From Candidatus Zixiibacteriota bacterium (lineage in GTDB: Bacteria > Zixibacteria > MSB-5A5 > UBA10806 > 4484-95): DNA of 64,000 nt. The stretch lies in contig JBBIRK010000006.1 of assembly GCA_037441845.1 (NCBI GenBank), forward strand, positions 1-64,000, in the 5' to 3' direction. The translations under genes were made by a program, and so were the position numbers. Every line of letters starts with the position of its first letter. Position 1 is the stretch's first letter. The notes below the pieces were generated by a model, which saw nothing but the letters and a program-made list of their open reading frames with translations, was not told the origin of the DNA and did no database searches. Positions 1 through 9,397 of the stretch are shown in pieces.

Positions 1-2
1 GA

Positions 3-2609
3 GTGAACACGATCAAGATCAAGGCGACGGATGCGTGTGGTGCGGTGGATTCGAGCATCACTCAGGTGACCATAACCCTTAACAGCGCCCCGATCGCTTC
101 TTGTCCGAGCGACACCACGATAACATTTACCTGCAATTTGGCTCAGGTATGCGTGGGACCGTTCTCGTCATCGGATATAGACAATAACCTGGATACCAGT
201 TACGTGCTGCCGAACGGCTACGGTGGTTCACTCAACGGCACCGCCTATTGTTTCACTCCTGCTGCCGCCGGCACATATGTAATCAGATATGTCGCCCGCG
301 ACGATTGTGGCGTGGCCGATACCTGCGCCGTAAATGTGACGATTCAATTGGTAAATAATCCCCCCGTCGCCGTATGCCATGGCGATACGACCATGACCGT
401 TTGTTCTCTTAATCAAATTTGTATCGGCGGGTTCACGGCGAGTGATCCTGACGGCAATTTGGCCTCGGTGACAGCTATCGGCGGCACTTATTCAAGCGGC
501 ACAATCTGTTTCACTCCGGTGGCGGGATTGAATACGCTGCGGTTGATCGCAACCGATTCTTGCGGTTTGGCCGACACTTGCATCACCCGGGTGACCGTGA
601 TCCTCAACAGCGCGCCATCGGTAACTTGTCCCAATGACACCGTGGCGTTGATAGACAGTCTTGGCCAACAGGTTTGCATAAGCGGATTCAATGCGTCCGA
701 CCCGAATAACAATATAGTGAGCACGACGGTGATCGGCGCGACGCTGATTGGCAATACGGCTTGTTTCACGCCGGTGATCGGTCTGAATACGCTGACGTTT
801 ATTGCAGTCGATGCCTGCGGTCTTGCTGATACATGTATAACCCGGGTCCAGGTGGCTCAGGCCCACGTCGGTTCGTGTCCGATTATCCAGCAACCTTTCG
901 GCGAAACGACGGCTGTTTGTGTATACGGCGATTTCTGTGACACGATCGACGTTATCGATCCCGACGGCGATGATATTACGGTAACGGTCAGCCTGGGCAC
1001 GCTGAATCCGATATTGGATGTGCCGGGCCACTGGCGAGGGTTGTATTGTTTCGATGTTCCCGATTCGGCCTGTGGCAACGATTTCGAGTATGAGGTGCTG
1101 ATCACGGCTACTGATGGTTCCTGCGGAGGCTGCGATTCCGCTTACTTAATGATCGAAGTGCTGGGCAAGATCAGCGTAAGCATACCCGACTCAGTGGGTC
1201 TGTGGCCGGGTTATTTGGATACGTTCCCGGTGCTGATCGATGTTCCGGACGATTGTTTCTGCATGGGTGGATTCGAGTTGACTATCACCTACGATGCCTC
1301 GATATTCACTATAGTAGATGTTTTCCGCAGCGATCTTATCGACGGCGCGGAGTATTTCTTCGTTAATCCGAATGTATATCCGGCCGGTTGCCCGCTGCCG
1401 CCGTCCGGGGCATTCAAAGTAGTAATGATCAATGACCTTAATAACCAAATTTCTGCGCCTTTGATCTGCGATTTCGCCGAGTCCACCTATTATGACGGCA
1501 AGTGGTATCCCGGCGACGTTCTATTCTGGGTGGCGGTCATGGCCAGACCCGATTACAATTACGAGAGCAATTTCTGCGTGCCGATCTGTTTCTACGAATG
1601 CGAGCCGTTCAATTACAATTGGAATGCGATCACCGACCAGTCGGGTATATATGTATGGAAAACCGAGGGTTGCATCGATACGATCGGCACCACCAATTAT
1701 CTCGATCTCGATTGCGGGAACCTGAAAATCTGGCTGCCGGGCGATGTGGTGGTCGGCGATATTAACCACAATCTGCAGCCGTTCGAAATCGGCGATGCGG
1801 TGACGTTGGCCAACTATCTGATTGATCCGGTACATTTCCCGATTGACTTATGGCAATACTGGGCTTCCGATATCAACCATGACGGCCGGCCGGCTACGGT
1901 CGCCGATTTGGTTCGTCTGCTGAACATCGTAAACGGCACGGTGACTCCCAAGATTTCACCGATGCAAGACGTTCCGGCGGAGCTGATAATCGGCCGCGAT
2001 TCCGATGGATTGACTGCGATCAGGCTCAAGTCGCCGGTTCCGGTCGGAGGTTTCGTTGTCGAACTGCCGGCGGGCTCGAATACTATTGAAGATATACGTA
2101 TCGCGGAAAATCTGAATATGGATTACAGAGTGCGACTTGATGGCGGCATGCTAAGACTGGTGGTTTATAGCCTCGTTTCGAGCAGTATTGAAGCGGGTGA
2201 ACACGAAATCGTCACCATGAGAGAATCGGTGGAAATTGATCCGTCCGCGGTCGTCCTATCGGTTGCGGATGCCTCCGGAGAACTGCTTAACAGTCTATCA
2301 AAGTTTGACGAACCTAAACCTCGGGATTTTGCGATAATAAATACGTTCCCGAACCCGTTCAATTCAACTACGGCTATCAAGTTTGGATTGCCGAAATCGG
2401 ATCGGGTTAATCTGAAAATCTACGATGTGGTGGGCAGGTTGGTTAACAATATCGATCTGGGTCGGCTTTCCGCGGGATACCATCAAGCAATTTGGGATGG
2501 CAGAAACTCGAACGGCGGCGTTGTGGCCTCGGGGATTTATTTCGCCAGGCTCGAATCGGCCGATTTGAACCTTGTAAGCGATATCAAGAAGCTTGTGCTT
2601 ATGAAGTAG
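3..2609 (+). CDS. Large secreted Cys-rich surface protein (5' partial): tandem Ig/cadherin-like repeats, cohesin-like domain, dockerin, FlgD-Ig/T9SS-type C-terminal domain
   Basis: Frame open from the window edge; ~85-aa repeats with DxCGxxD(T/S); cohesin-like segment (ISVSIPDS...FPVLID...GGFELTITYD, from ~1168); dockerin-like pair GDINHN...SDINHDG (~1755-1935); C-terminal FPNPFN...LKIYDVVGRLV...WDG...SGIYF...KKLVLMK. Confidence 0.8.
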   Translation: MNTIKIKATDACGAVDSSITQVTITLNSAPIASCPSDTTITFTCNLAQVCVGPFSSSDIDNNLDTSYVLPNGYGGSLNGTAYCFTPAAAGTYVIRYVARDDCGVADTCAVNVTIQLVNNPPVAVCHGDTTMTVCSLNQICIGGFTASDPDGNLASVTAIGGTYSSGTICFTPVAGLNTLRLIATDSCGLADTCITRVTVILNSAPSVTCPNDTVALIDSLGQQVCISGFNASDPNNNIVSTTVIGATLIGNTACFTPVIGLNTLTFIAVDACGLADTCITRVQVAQAHVGSCPIIQQPFGETTAVCVYGDFCDTIDVIDPDGDDITVTVSLGTLNPILDVPGHWRGLYCFDVPDSACGNDFEYEVLITATDGSCGGCDSAYLMIEVLGKISVSIPDSVGLWPGYLDTFPVLIDVPDDCFCMGGFELTITYDASIFTIVDVFRSDLIDGAEYFFVNPNVYPAGCPLPPSGAFKVVMINDLNNQISAPLICDFAESTYYDGKWYPGDVLFWVAVMARPDYNYESNFCVPICFYECEPFNYNWNAITDQSGIYVWKTEGCIDTIGTTNYLDLDCGNLKIWLPGDVVVGDINHNLQPFEIGDAVTLANYLIDPVHFPIDLWQYWASDINHDGRPATVADLVRLLNIVNGTVTPKISPMQDVPAELIIGRDSDGLTAIRLKSPVPVGGFVVELPAGSNTIEDIRIAENLNMDYRVRLDGGMLRLVVYSLVSSSIEAGEHEIVTMRESVEIDPSAVVLSVADASGELLNSLSKFDEPKPRDFAIINTFPNPFNSTTAIKFGLPKSDRVNLKIYDVVGRLVNNIDLGRLSAGYHQAIWDGRNSNGGVVASGIYFARLESADLNLVSDIKKLVLMK
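80..855 (+). repeat. Three degenerate in-frame tandem repeats (~255-258 bp) encoding Cys-containing beta-sandwich domains
   Basis: TGTTTCAC (CFTP) recurs at 249, 507 and 762; units share P..xCxxDT...CxGxFxxSDxDxN...CFTP...DxCGxADTC. Confidence 0.8.
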
Positions 2610-2719
2610 GTAACTGGGACGAAAATCACTCGGAAATAAGAGGGAGGTGAAAAGCAAACTAAATCAACTTTAATAAGGGTTGAAGTTTTAACCTTTATCG
2701 TTTCAATGTGAGGAGGTTT

Positions 2720-5005
2720 ATGTTTAGAAAGTTGTTCGCGATTGCCCTGCTGGGGATGCTGGTTATGACATTGGCGGCAGTTGCCGGACAGTCGAACGCA
2801 ACGGTCGATCCAACAAAATTGAGGACGGTTAATTCCAATCGATTAATTCCCAATCTGCGTCTGCCTGGCGATAATCCATTGATTACTGCTTCCCCGGGGT
2901 ATCAGGTGGGAATAACCACCTACGATTTCCAAACAAACGGCTCATCCGGCAACCGTATAGCTATCGATCCTCTGGGCCGGGTTCATTATAACTGGATGCG
3001 ATCTTCGGGAAATCCCGATATCGGTACCAGACAGATATGGTATGGCCGTAAAAATCTCAATACTCCCTCGGATTCGGTGACCGCCCACAATGTTAGTAAC
3101 GCCACCGGCCGCGCCGGGTACACCAATCTCGATTACTGGTATGATTCGGCCAATTCTCGCTATGTGGGGCTTGGTTACTGGCATTTCGCGGCCACACTCA
3201 ATTCGACCGCTGGAGTCGACACTTTTCCTTTCACTACCGCTCTTTTCAAGAACATCGACTTTACCGGCGATTCGGTGACCTATGAGATGCTCTGGCCTTA
3301 TGGTTGTGTCGATGCCAACAACAACATTCATGTCATCGCTAACGAGGCCAACGACATCAACGTCACAACCTTCCAGACAATAGGCTACTGGCGTTCCACG
3401 GACGGCGGAGCCACTTGGTCTGCGCCCTTGTATTTCGATACCTCGGTCACGATCAGCGCTGTCGTTGCGGCATCGCAGACCGGTTCTAAAGTCGCAATCG
3501 CCTGGAATAGGCCGAGAAATGAGATCTTCGGCACAGTGGGGCCGGCTCAGTTCGACAACGACGTCTATTACATGGAATCCACTGACGGCGGTGTTACTTG
3601 GGGACCCGAGACTAACATTACCAATTACAGCAATGTGCCGAATGCTCCTTATCCCGGAGCATTTACCCGCCGCGCCTATACGGATTTGGACCTGATTTAC
3701 GATTTCAACGGCAACCTGCACATTCTCTGGAATGCGGCATACCTCGGAATAGATACGACCGGTGGTGCCTGGGATACCACGCTTTACTACCGCACTGGTT
3801 TGTGGCACTGGTCGCAGGCGACCGGCGTCGATTCCGTATGGGAGCATCCCACCAAGGAATGGCGCTGCGACATGGGCGCATGGAACTTGCCGATCTGCAA
3901 GATGTCGCTGGCGGTCGATGACGACAACAATCTTTTCGCCGTATTCACCGCGTTTAATTCCAATGACGGTTTTGCTTTCGATCCCGACAATCCTCGCCCC
4001 GATTATTGCGGCGGCGCTCCGGGCATGCCCTGCTGCAACGGTGACCTTTACATCTGCTGGTCAACCAACGGCGGAAATACCTGGGCTCCCGCAAAGAATA
4101 TGACTTTCACGATTACTCCGGGTTGCGAAACCGACTCCTGTGACAGCGACAACTGGTCTTCGGCTGCGGAGTATGCTGCGGCTGATTCCATTCATATCCT
4201 TTACATCAACGACAAAGATGCCGGTGGTGTCGTGCAAACCGAAGGCGGAATCACGATCAACCCCGTCAACTACATGACTTTCCCGAATCCGGTCACCTAT
4301 CCGCCGACTTATGAGGCGGTGTTCCCCTATTCCGGAGGATGGATAATCGATTCGGTCACTGAGGGGACGGCCGATAGTTTCGTATTGTTGATAAACAACT
4401 TCGGCGATGATTCGTTGTTCGTGGCAGTCGATGATACCGCAGCCTGGCTGACCTATACTCCGGATTCTATGGCTATGGGTCCGCTGGAGGAGGCGGAGGC
4501 CTGGGCCAGCGGCTATATGCTTATCGTTTTCGATGCCACCAGTTTGACGGCCGGCACCTACACAGCCGAGCTTAATTACACCACGAACGACCCGACCTCG
4601 CCTAACGTCGTAATCGCCTGCACGCTTTATGTCACTGCCGGCGCCCCACCCTGCGACTATGTTCTCGGCGATATCAACGGCGACGGCAACCGTATCGGCG
4701 GCGACGTCACGTTCGGTGTGCGCTACTTCAAAGGAACCGGCGGTGTGCCTCCGGATTCATGCTATAACGATTCCATAAGCGGCAACGGCTGGCTTTATGT
4801 AGCCGGCGATGTCAATGCGAGCTGCGATTTCAGAGGTTCGGATATCACCAGGCTGGTCGCTTTCTTCAAGGGCAACGCCCAGCTCGAATACTGCCGTTTC
4901 TTCCCGCCCCCGATTCTGCGCAGGAGCATTCATCTGCTCAGCGGCCCTGCGCCGGTCAATACCATCGCTACGGTTCCGACCCGCAGAGAGGTCTTGATTA
5001 AGTAA
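2720..5005 (+). CDS. Secreted BNR/Asp-box beta-propeller (sialidase-like fold) protein with C-terminal dockerin
   Basis: AGGAGG at 2711-2716 before ATG 2720; signal peptide; three Asp boxes (STDGGATW, STDGGVTW, STNGGNTW); dockerin-like pair GDINGDG...GDVNASC (~4667-4872). Confidence 0.75.
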   Translation: MFRKLFAIALLGMLVMTLAAVAGQSNATVDPTKLRTVNSNRLIPNLRLPGDNPLITASPGYQVGITTYDFQTNGSSGNRIAIDPLGRVHYNWMRSSGNPDIGTRQIWYGRKNLNTPSDSVTAHNVSNATGRAGYTNLDYWYDSANSRYVGLGYWHFAATLNSTAGVDTFPFTTALFKNIDFTGDSVTYEMLWPYGCVDANNNIHVIANEANDINVTTFQTIGYWRSTDGGATWSAPLYFDTSVTISAVVAASQTGSKVAIAWNRPRNEIFGTVGPAQFDNDVYYMESTDGGVTWGPETNITNYSNVPNAPYPGAFTRRAYTDLDLIYDFNGNLHILWNAAYLGIDTTGGAWDTTLYYRTGLWHWSQATGVDSVWEHPTKEWRCDMGAWNLPICKMSLAVDDDNNLFAVFTAFNSNDGFAFDPDNPRPDYCGGAPGMPCCNGDLYICWSTNGGNTWAPAKNMTFTITPGCETDSCDSDNWSSAAEYAAADSIHILYINDKDAGGVVQTEGGITINPVNYMTFPNPVTYPPTYEAVFPYSGGWIIDSVTEGTADSFVLLINNFGDDSLFVAVDDTAAWLTYTPDSMAMGPLEEAEAWASGYMLIVFDATSLTAGTYTAELNYTTNDPTSPNVVIACTLYVTAGAPPCDYVLGDINGDGNRIGGDVTFGVRYFKGTGGVPPDSCYNDSISGNGWLYVAGDVNASCDFRGSDITRLVAFFKGNAQLEYCRFFPPPILRRSIHLLSGPAPVNTIATVPTRREVLIK

Positions 5006-5025
5006 GTTCTGCCGCCGCTTATTAA

Positions 5026-5056
5026 GCCGGGTCCCAGAACGGGGCCCGGTTTTTTT
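5026..5056 (+). terminator. Rho-independent terminator
   Basis: GCCGGGTCCC-AGAAC-GGGGCCCGGT hairpin followed by a T run. Confidence 0.85.
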
Positions 5057-5096
5057 ATGCCGCGCTGCGACGGGTCGGAATCGGACTTTACAAGAC

Positions 5097-5124
5097 TTGA
5101 CACTCTGTCTGTAAAAGGTATATT
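5097..5124 (+). promoter_or_regulatory. Sigma70-type promoter of pdxST
   Basis: TTGACA-16 bp-TATATT. Confidence 0.6.
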
Positions 5125-5160
5125 TAACACAGGGATTTGAATCCCGAAAGGTGGTGAGCT

Positions 5161-6039
5161 ATGTTCAACGATAAGGATTTCAGGATAAAAGTGGGCCTGG
5201 CTGAGATGCTTAAAGGCGGGGTCATCATGGATGTCACTAACGCCGACCAGGCCAAAATAGCCGAGGATGCCGGGGCGGCCGCCGTGATGGCGCTCGAAAA
5301 AGTGCCGGCCGATATCCGCAAAGAAGGCGGCGTCGCCCGTATGGCGGATCCGGAAATAATCTTGCAGATAAAACAAAGCGTGAGCATACCGGTTATGGCA
5401 AAATGCCGTATCGGCCACTTTGCCGAGGCGCAAGTTCTCGAGGCGTTGGAAGTCGATTTCATCGACGAATCGGAAGTCCTGACGCCTGCAGACGAGGAAA
5501 ACCATATCGACAAACGTAGATTCAAAATACCGTTCGTCTGTGGTTGCCGAAATATCGGTGAGGCCCTGAGGCGTATCGGCGAAGGGGCGGCTTTGTTGCG
5601 CACCAAGGGTGAAGCGGGTTCCGGCAACATTGTAGAAGCGGTCAGGCATATGCGGCTCATGGTCGATGGTATCAAGCGGCTGACCGTTCTGGGTGATGAG
5701 CAATTGATGGCCGAATCCAAGAACCTGGGAGTTCCCTATGAAATCGCCCGCTGGGTCAAGACGCACAAGAAGCTGCCGGTTCCAAACTTCGCCGCCGGCG
5801 GAATCGCCACTCCGGCCGACGCCTCGCTGATGATGCAACTGGGCGCCGAGTCGGTTTTCGTCGGTTCGGGGATTTTCAAATCGTCTGATCCGGCCAAGAG
5901 AGCCAAGGCAATCGTGCTTGCCGTCACTCACTACAACGATCCCAAAAAGATAGCCGAAATATCACGTTCTCTGGGTGAACCGATGAAAGGGCTCGATATA
6001 AAACAGATACCCGAGACGCAACTGCTTCAGACAAGATAG
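5161..6039 (+). CDS. pdxS: Pyridoxal 5'-phosphate synthase lyase subunit
   Basis: [40 protein letters not shown] motifs. Confidence 0.97.
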   Translation: MFNDKDFRIKVGLAEMLKGGVIMDVTNADQAKIAEDAGAAAVMALEKVPADIRKEGGVARMADPEIILQIKQSVSIPVMAKCRIGHFAEAQVLEALEVDFIDESEVLTPADEENHIDKRRFKIPFVCGCRNIGEALRRIGEGAALLRTKGEAGSGNIVEAVRHMRLMVDGIKRLTVLGDEQLMAESKNLGVPYEIARWVKTHKKLPVPNFAAGGIATPADASLMMQLGAESVFVGSGIFKSSDPAKRAKAIVLAVTHYNDPKKIAEISRSLGEPMKGLDIKQIPETQLLQTR

Positions 6040-6041
6040 CG

Positions 6042-6617
6042 ATGACCAGGCCGCTGATCGGTATTCTGGCTTTACAGGGCGATTTCCAAGCGCATGAAAG
6101 GATTCTGTGGAAACTTGACCTAAAATCGGCTTATGTAAAAACACCTGCACAATTGCGCGATATCGATTTACTGGTAATCCCCGGAGGCGAATCGACTACC
6201 ATGAGCAAGCTTGCCCGAGAAAACGGCTTGTGGGAAGCGATCGATCGATTCGAAAGGCCGATTTTGGGCACTTGCGCCGGGGCGATTCTTTTGGCATCGA
6301 ACATCGAAAATCCCGCTCTGCGAGGTCTCGGCAAATTGAATATCAGAATCATGAGGAACGCATACGGTTCCCAATACAGCTCATTTTCGGCGACCGGCAA
6401 GCTTATATCTTCAGGCAGGCCGATAGAAATGATATTTATCCGCGCACCGCGTATCCTCGAAACCGGCGCCGATGTGGAGACAATCGCCTCGCTCGAAGAC
6501 CAACCCGTGGGAGTCCGCCAAAAAAACGTCGTGGGGCTTGCGTTTCACCCTGAACTTGCCAAAGATATCAACGATTATCGGGATTTCTTGGCTCTTGCCG
6601 GGCTCGATTTGTCCTGA
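6042..6617 (+). CDS. pdxT: Pyridoxal 5'-phosphate synthase glutaminase subunit
   Basis: LALQGDF, PGGESTT, GTCAG, RNAYG, FIRAP, FHPEL; directly follows pdxS. Confidence 0.96.
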   Translation: MTRPLIGILALQGDFQAHERILWKLDLKSAYVKTPAQLRDIDLLVIPGGESTTMSKLARENGLWEAIDRFERPILGTCAGAILLASNIENPALRGLGKLNIRIMRNAYGSQYSSFSATGKLISSGRPIEMIFIRAPRILETGADVETIASLEDQPVGVRQKNVVGLAFHPELAKDINDYRDFLALAGLDLS

Positions 6618-6680
6618 CCGAATTCACCGTGGCTCCATAAGAGTGATTCCCGGGATGTCGATGCCCGGTGCTTCTCATCC

Positions 6681-6709
6681 TTGACCAAGACGGAATTATT
6701 AGGTAAATT
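6681..6709 (+). promoter_or_regulatory. Sigma70-type promoter of the ftsEX operon (probably leaderless)
   Basis: TTGACC-17 bp-TAAATT ending 5 nt before the ftsE ATG. Confidence 0.55.
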
Positions 6710-6714
6710 TTCGC

Positions 6715-7374
6715 ATGCTTTATTTGCGAAACGTATCGAAGTCTTTTCGTCCCGATGAAACGATTCTCGATGATATCACATTTACGATCGACAAGGGTGA
6801 AATGGCGGTCCTTACCGGGGCGTCGGGATCCGGCAAAAGCACGATATTGAAACTTATTTATGGAGAAGAAAGGCCTGATCGGGGTGAACTTTATCTCGAT
6901 AAATTGAATATCAGCGCCATGAAGCCCTCGAAAATACATCGCCTTAGACGTAAGATCGGAGTCGTTTTCCAGGACTTCAAGCTCATTCCGGAAAGAAACG
7001 TGTGGGATAATGTCGCCCTGGCGCTTGAGGTCGTGGGCAAATCACGTCGGGAAATTTCCGCCCGGGTTACCGAACTTTTATTGCTGGTCGGCCTGATGCA
7101 ACGGAAATCGTATTATCCGCACCAATTATCCGGCGGTGAAAGCCAGCGGGTGGCGATCGCCAGAGCTTTGGCCAATCATCCGCTCTTGATCCTCGCCGAC
7201 GAGCCGTCAGGCAATCTTGACAAAGAAAATACCGCGGCGGTCGTCGGTCTACTGACGCAGATAAATCATCAGGGATGCTCGGTGTTGATGGCCACTCATA
7301 ATATGGAGTTGGCGGCCAAGCTCGAGTGTCGAAGATTGCATCTCGATTCCGGCAAGGTGACCGAGGCATCATGA
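6715..7374 (+). CDS. ftsE: Cell division ABC ATPase
   Basis: GASGSGKS, VVFQDFKL, LSGGESQRVAIARA, ADEP; coupled to ftsX and envC. Confidence 0.92.
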   Translation: MLYLRNVSKSFRPDETILDDITFTIDKGEMAVLTGASGSGKSTILKLIYGEERPDRGELYLDKLNISAMKPSKIHRLRRKIGVVFQDFKLIPERNVWDNVALALEVVGKSRREISARVTELLLLVGLMQRKSYYPHQLSGGESQRVAIARALANHPLLILADEPSGNLDKENTAAVVGLLTQINHQGCSVLMATHNMELAAKLECRRLHLDSGKVTEAS

Positions 7375-8228
7375 ATTACCTGTGGATAATCTTGAAAGAA
7401 ACCTGGAGGGCGGTATCTTTCAGGCCATGGTCGATAATCGGTTCGGTCATCACCGTTTTCCTTGCCGCCGCGATAGCCGGGGCTATCGCCGTCACGCTGC
7501 TTAACTCATATGGCGTAATCGAATCGATCAGGATGCAAACCACGGTTGACGTTTACCTGAGTCCGGATATCGACAGTCTGGGGCGGGAGAGCGTCCGGCA
7601 AGCGCTGGCATCCAATAAAGATATTCTGGGCATCGCTTATATATCCAAAGATATGGCGATGTTCCGCATGAGACAGTTGTTCGGTCCCGAGATGATCCGG
7701 GGATTGGGAGCAAATCCGCTTCCCGAGTCGTACGAAATTTCACTCGATCCGGAAATCCTCGAAAGCAACCGGTTTCAAGAGCTGATCGATTCGATCGGGT
7801 CCATTCCGGGCGTGGATGATATCGGTTACGTCCCGGACGCCGCGGCGCGGCTGAATACATTGTTCAGGGTGATCAATATATTCGGCCTGAGTTTGTGGTT
7901 TTTAGTGATAATCGCCTGCTCATATATAATCGCCAGCACAATCAACGTCCTTGTGGCGAGGCGCCATGCCACGTTTTACATAATGCGACTCGTCGGTGCG
8001 CGGGCGATTTTCGTGCGGACCCCTTACCTTTTGGTTGGGTTCATGATATCGATAATCGGGTTCTCGATGGCTGTGATTATGCTGAATTTAGGTATAAATT
8101 ACTTTTCCGGTCATATCGTAAAAATCGATTTTCTGACCACTCTCGAATCGATCTGCTTTATCGGCGGCGGCGGAGTAATCGGGCTTTTCGGAAGCAATCT
8201 CGCGTTAAGGAAATATGGCGAACTATGA
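7371..8228 (+). CDS. ftsX: Cell division permease
   Basis: ATGA overlap with ftsE; four TM segments, NPLP periplasmic motif, IMRLVGA motif. Confidence 0.88.
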   Translation: MNYLWIILKETWRAVSFRPWSIIGSVITVFLAAAIAGAIAVTLLNSYGVIESIRMQTTVDVYLSPDIDSLGRESVRQALASNKDILGIAYISKDMAMFRMRQLFGPEMIRGLGANPLPESYEISLDPEILESNRFQELIDSIGSIPGVDDIGYVPDAAARLNTLFRVINIFGLSLWFLVIIACSYIIASTINVLVARRHATFYIMRLVGARAIFVRTPYLLVGFMISIIGFSMAVIMLNLGINYFSGHIVKIDFLTTLESICFIGGGGVIGLFGSNLALRKYGEL

Positions 8229-9397
8229 AGTCGGCCGCTTATCACATTATTGCCCTGCTCATGTTGATCGTATTTCAGATCGGAACGGCGATGGCCGATA
8301 GTTCGAACTCGGATAAAAAATCGATCGAGCAACGAAAGGCCGAGCTGGAAAGAATAAAAAGCGAGCTTGCGACAAAACGCGCCGAATTGAAAATTCTCGA
8401 ACGACAGGAGGAAAGTCAACTTGCCTATCTTGAGGGGATCGACGAGGAGCTGTCATTGGCCTCCCGCCTGATTTCCCAAATCGACCGGCAGGCGCAGGCG
8501 CTCGAACGATCGCTTAAAAAAAGCGAAGCGGAATTGAACGAAAATCTCGAGGAATTTTCCCGCCGCCAGGAGCTGATGCGTCAACGGCTGGTTTGGATTT
8601 ACAAGCGTGCGAGGTTGTTTTCCTTAACCAATGTCTTGGCCGCGCCGGATTTGAACGAAGCCGCAGGTAGATATTATTTTTTCCAAGTGATGAATAAATA
8701 CGATCGGCAGCTTATCGATCGCCTGAAATCGGTATCCGATGAGATCGAAGCCGCAAAAGATGCGTTGATTCAAAAAATCGTGGCCATCCGAAAACTCAAA
8801 GAGGAAAAGGAAGCGGAGACGGAAATAATAATCCGACATCGACTCAAGCGGAAGGCGCTTTTGGATCAGCTCCGCCTGCAAAAATCGGTTCAGCGCCAAA
8901 GCATAATCGATCTGACCGCCGCCCAGGAAAATATCGAGGCGATCTTAGGAGTGCCCAGGGATGAAACGGAAGGTTCGATTTATGTTCCAATCGTAGAATT
9001 TGCCTCTTTGAAAGGAAGCTTACCCTGGCCTGTCGATGGCAAAATTGCCAGGCCTTATGGGAGAATCGTCGACAGCAAGTTCAAGACTGCTGTTCTGAAT
9101 CCCGGTTTGGATATCAAGGCGAAGTCAGGCGAACCGGTGAGCGCGGTCGCCGCCGGCAGAGTTTCCCATATGTCCTGGCTTCGTGGATATGGCAGCTTCA
9201 TAATTTTAGATCATGGCGACGATTACTATTCGCTTTATGCCCACCTTGACGAGATCGTGGTGGAAACAGGCCAAGAATTGGAAGCAGGGGAGCTTTTAGG
9301 CAAAGTAGGCGAAAGCGGATCGATTTCCGGTCCCTTTTTACACTTCGAACTACGTCGAGGAAAAGAGCATATGGATCCGAGCCAATGGCTGAGATAA
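8225..9397 (+). CDS. envC: Murein hydrolase activator EnvC-like (coiled coil plus degenerate M23)
   Basis: ATGA overlap with ftsX; signal peptide, long coiled coil, LPWPVDG...YAHL...LHFELR; Zn ligands degenerate (NPGLD, FLH). Confidence 0.85.
   Translation: MKSAAYHIIALLMLIVFQIGTAMADSSNSDKKSIEQRKAELERIKSELATKRAELKILERQEESQLAYLEGIDEELSLASRLISQIDRQAQALERSLKKSEAELNENLEEFSRRQELMRQRLVWIYKRARLFSLTNVLAAPDLNEAAGRYYFFQVMNKYDRQLIDRLKSVSDEIEAAKDALIQKIVAIRKLKEEKEAETEIIIRHRLKRKALLDQLRLQKSVQRQSIIDLTAAQENIEAILGVPRDETEGSIYVPIVEFASLKGSLPWPVDGKIARPYGRIVDSKFKTAVLNPGLDIKAKSGEPVSAVAAGRVSHMSWLRGYGSFIILDHGDDYYSLYAHLDEIVVETGQELEAGELLGKVGESGSISGPFLHFELRRGKEHMDPSQWLR

Noticed and set aside
2610..2700. c-di-GMP-I riboswitch (GGGACGAAAA and GCAAAC words)
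   Set aside because: The elements are in the wrong order and the expected stems are missing.
7895..8224. N-terminal extension of envC in the ORF track
   Set aside because: It lies inside ftsX; ATG 8225 gives an ATGA coupling and a proper signal peptide.
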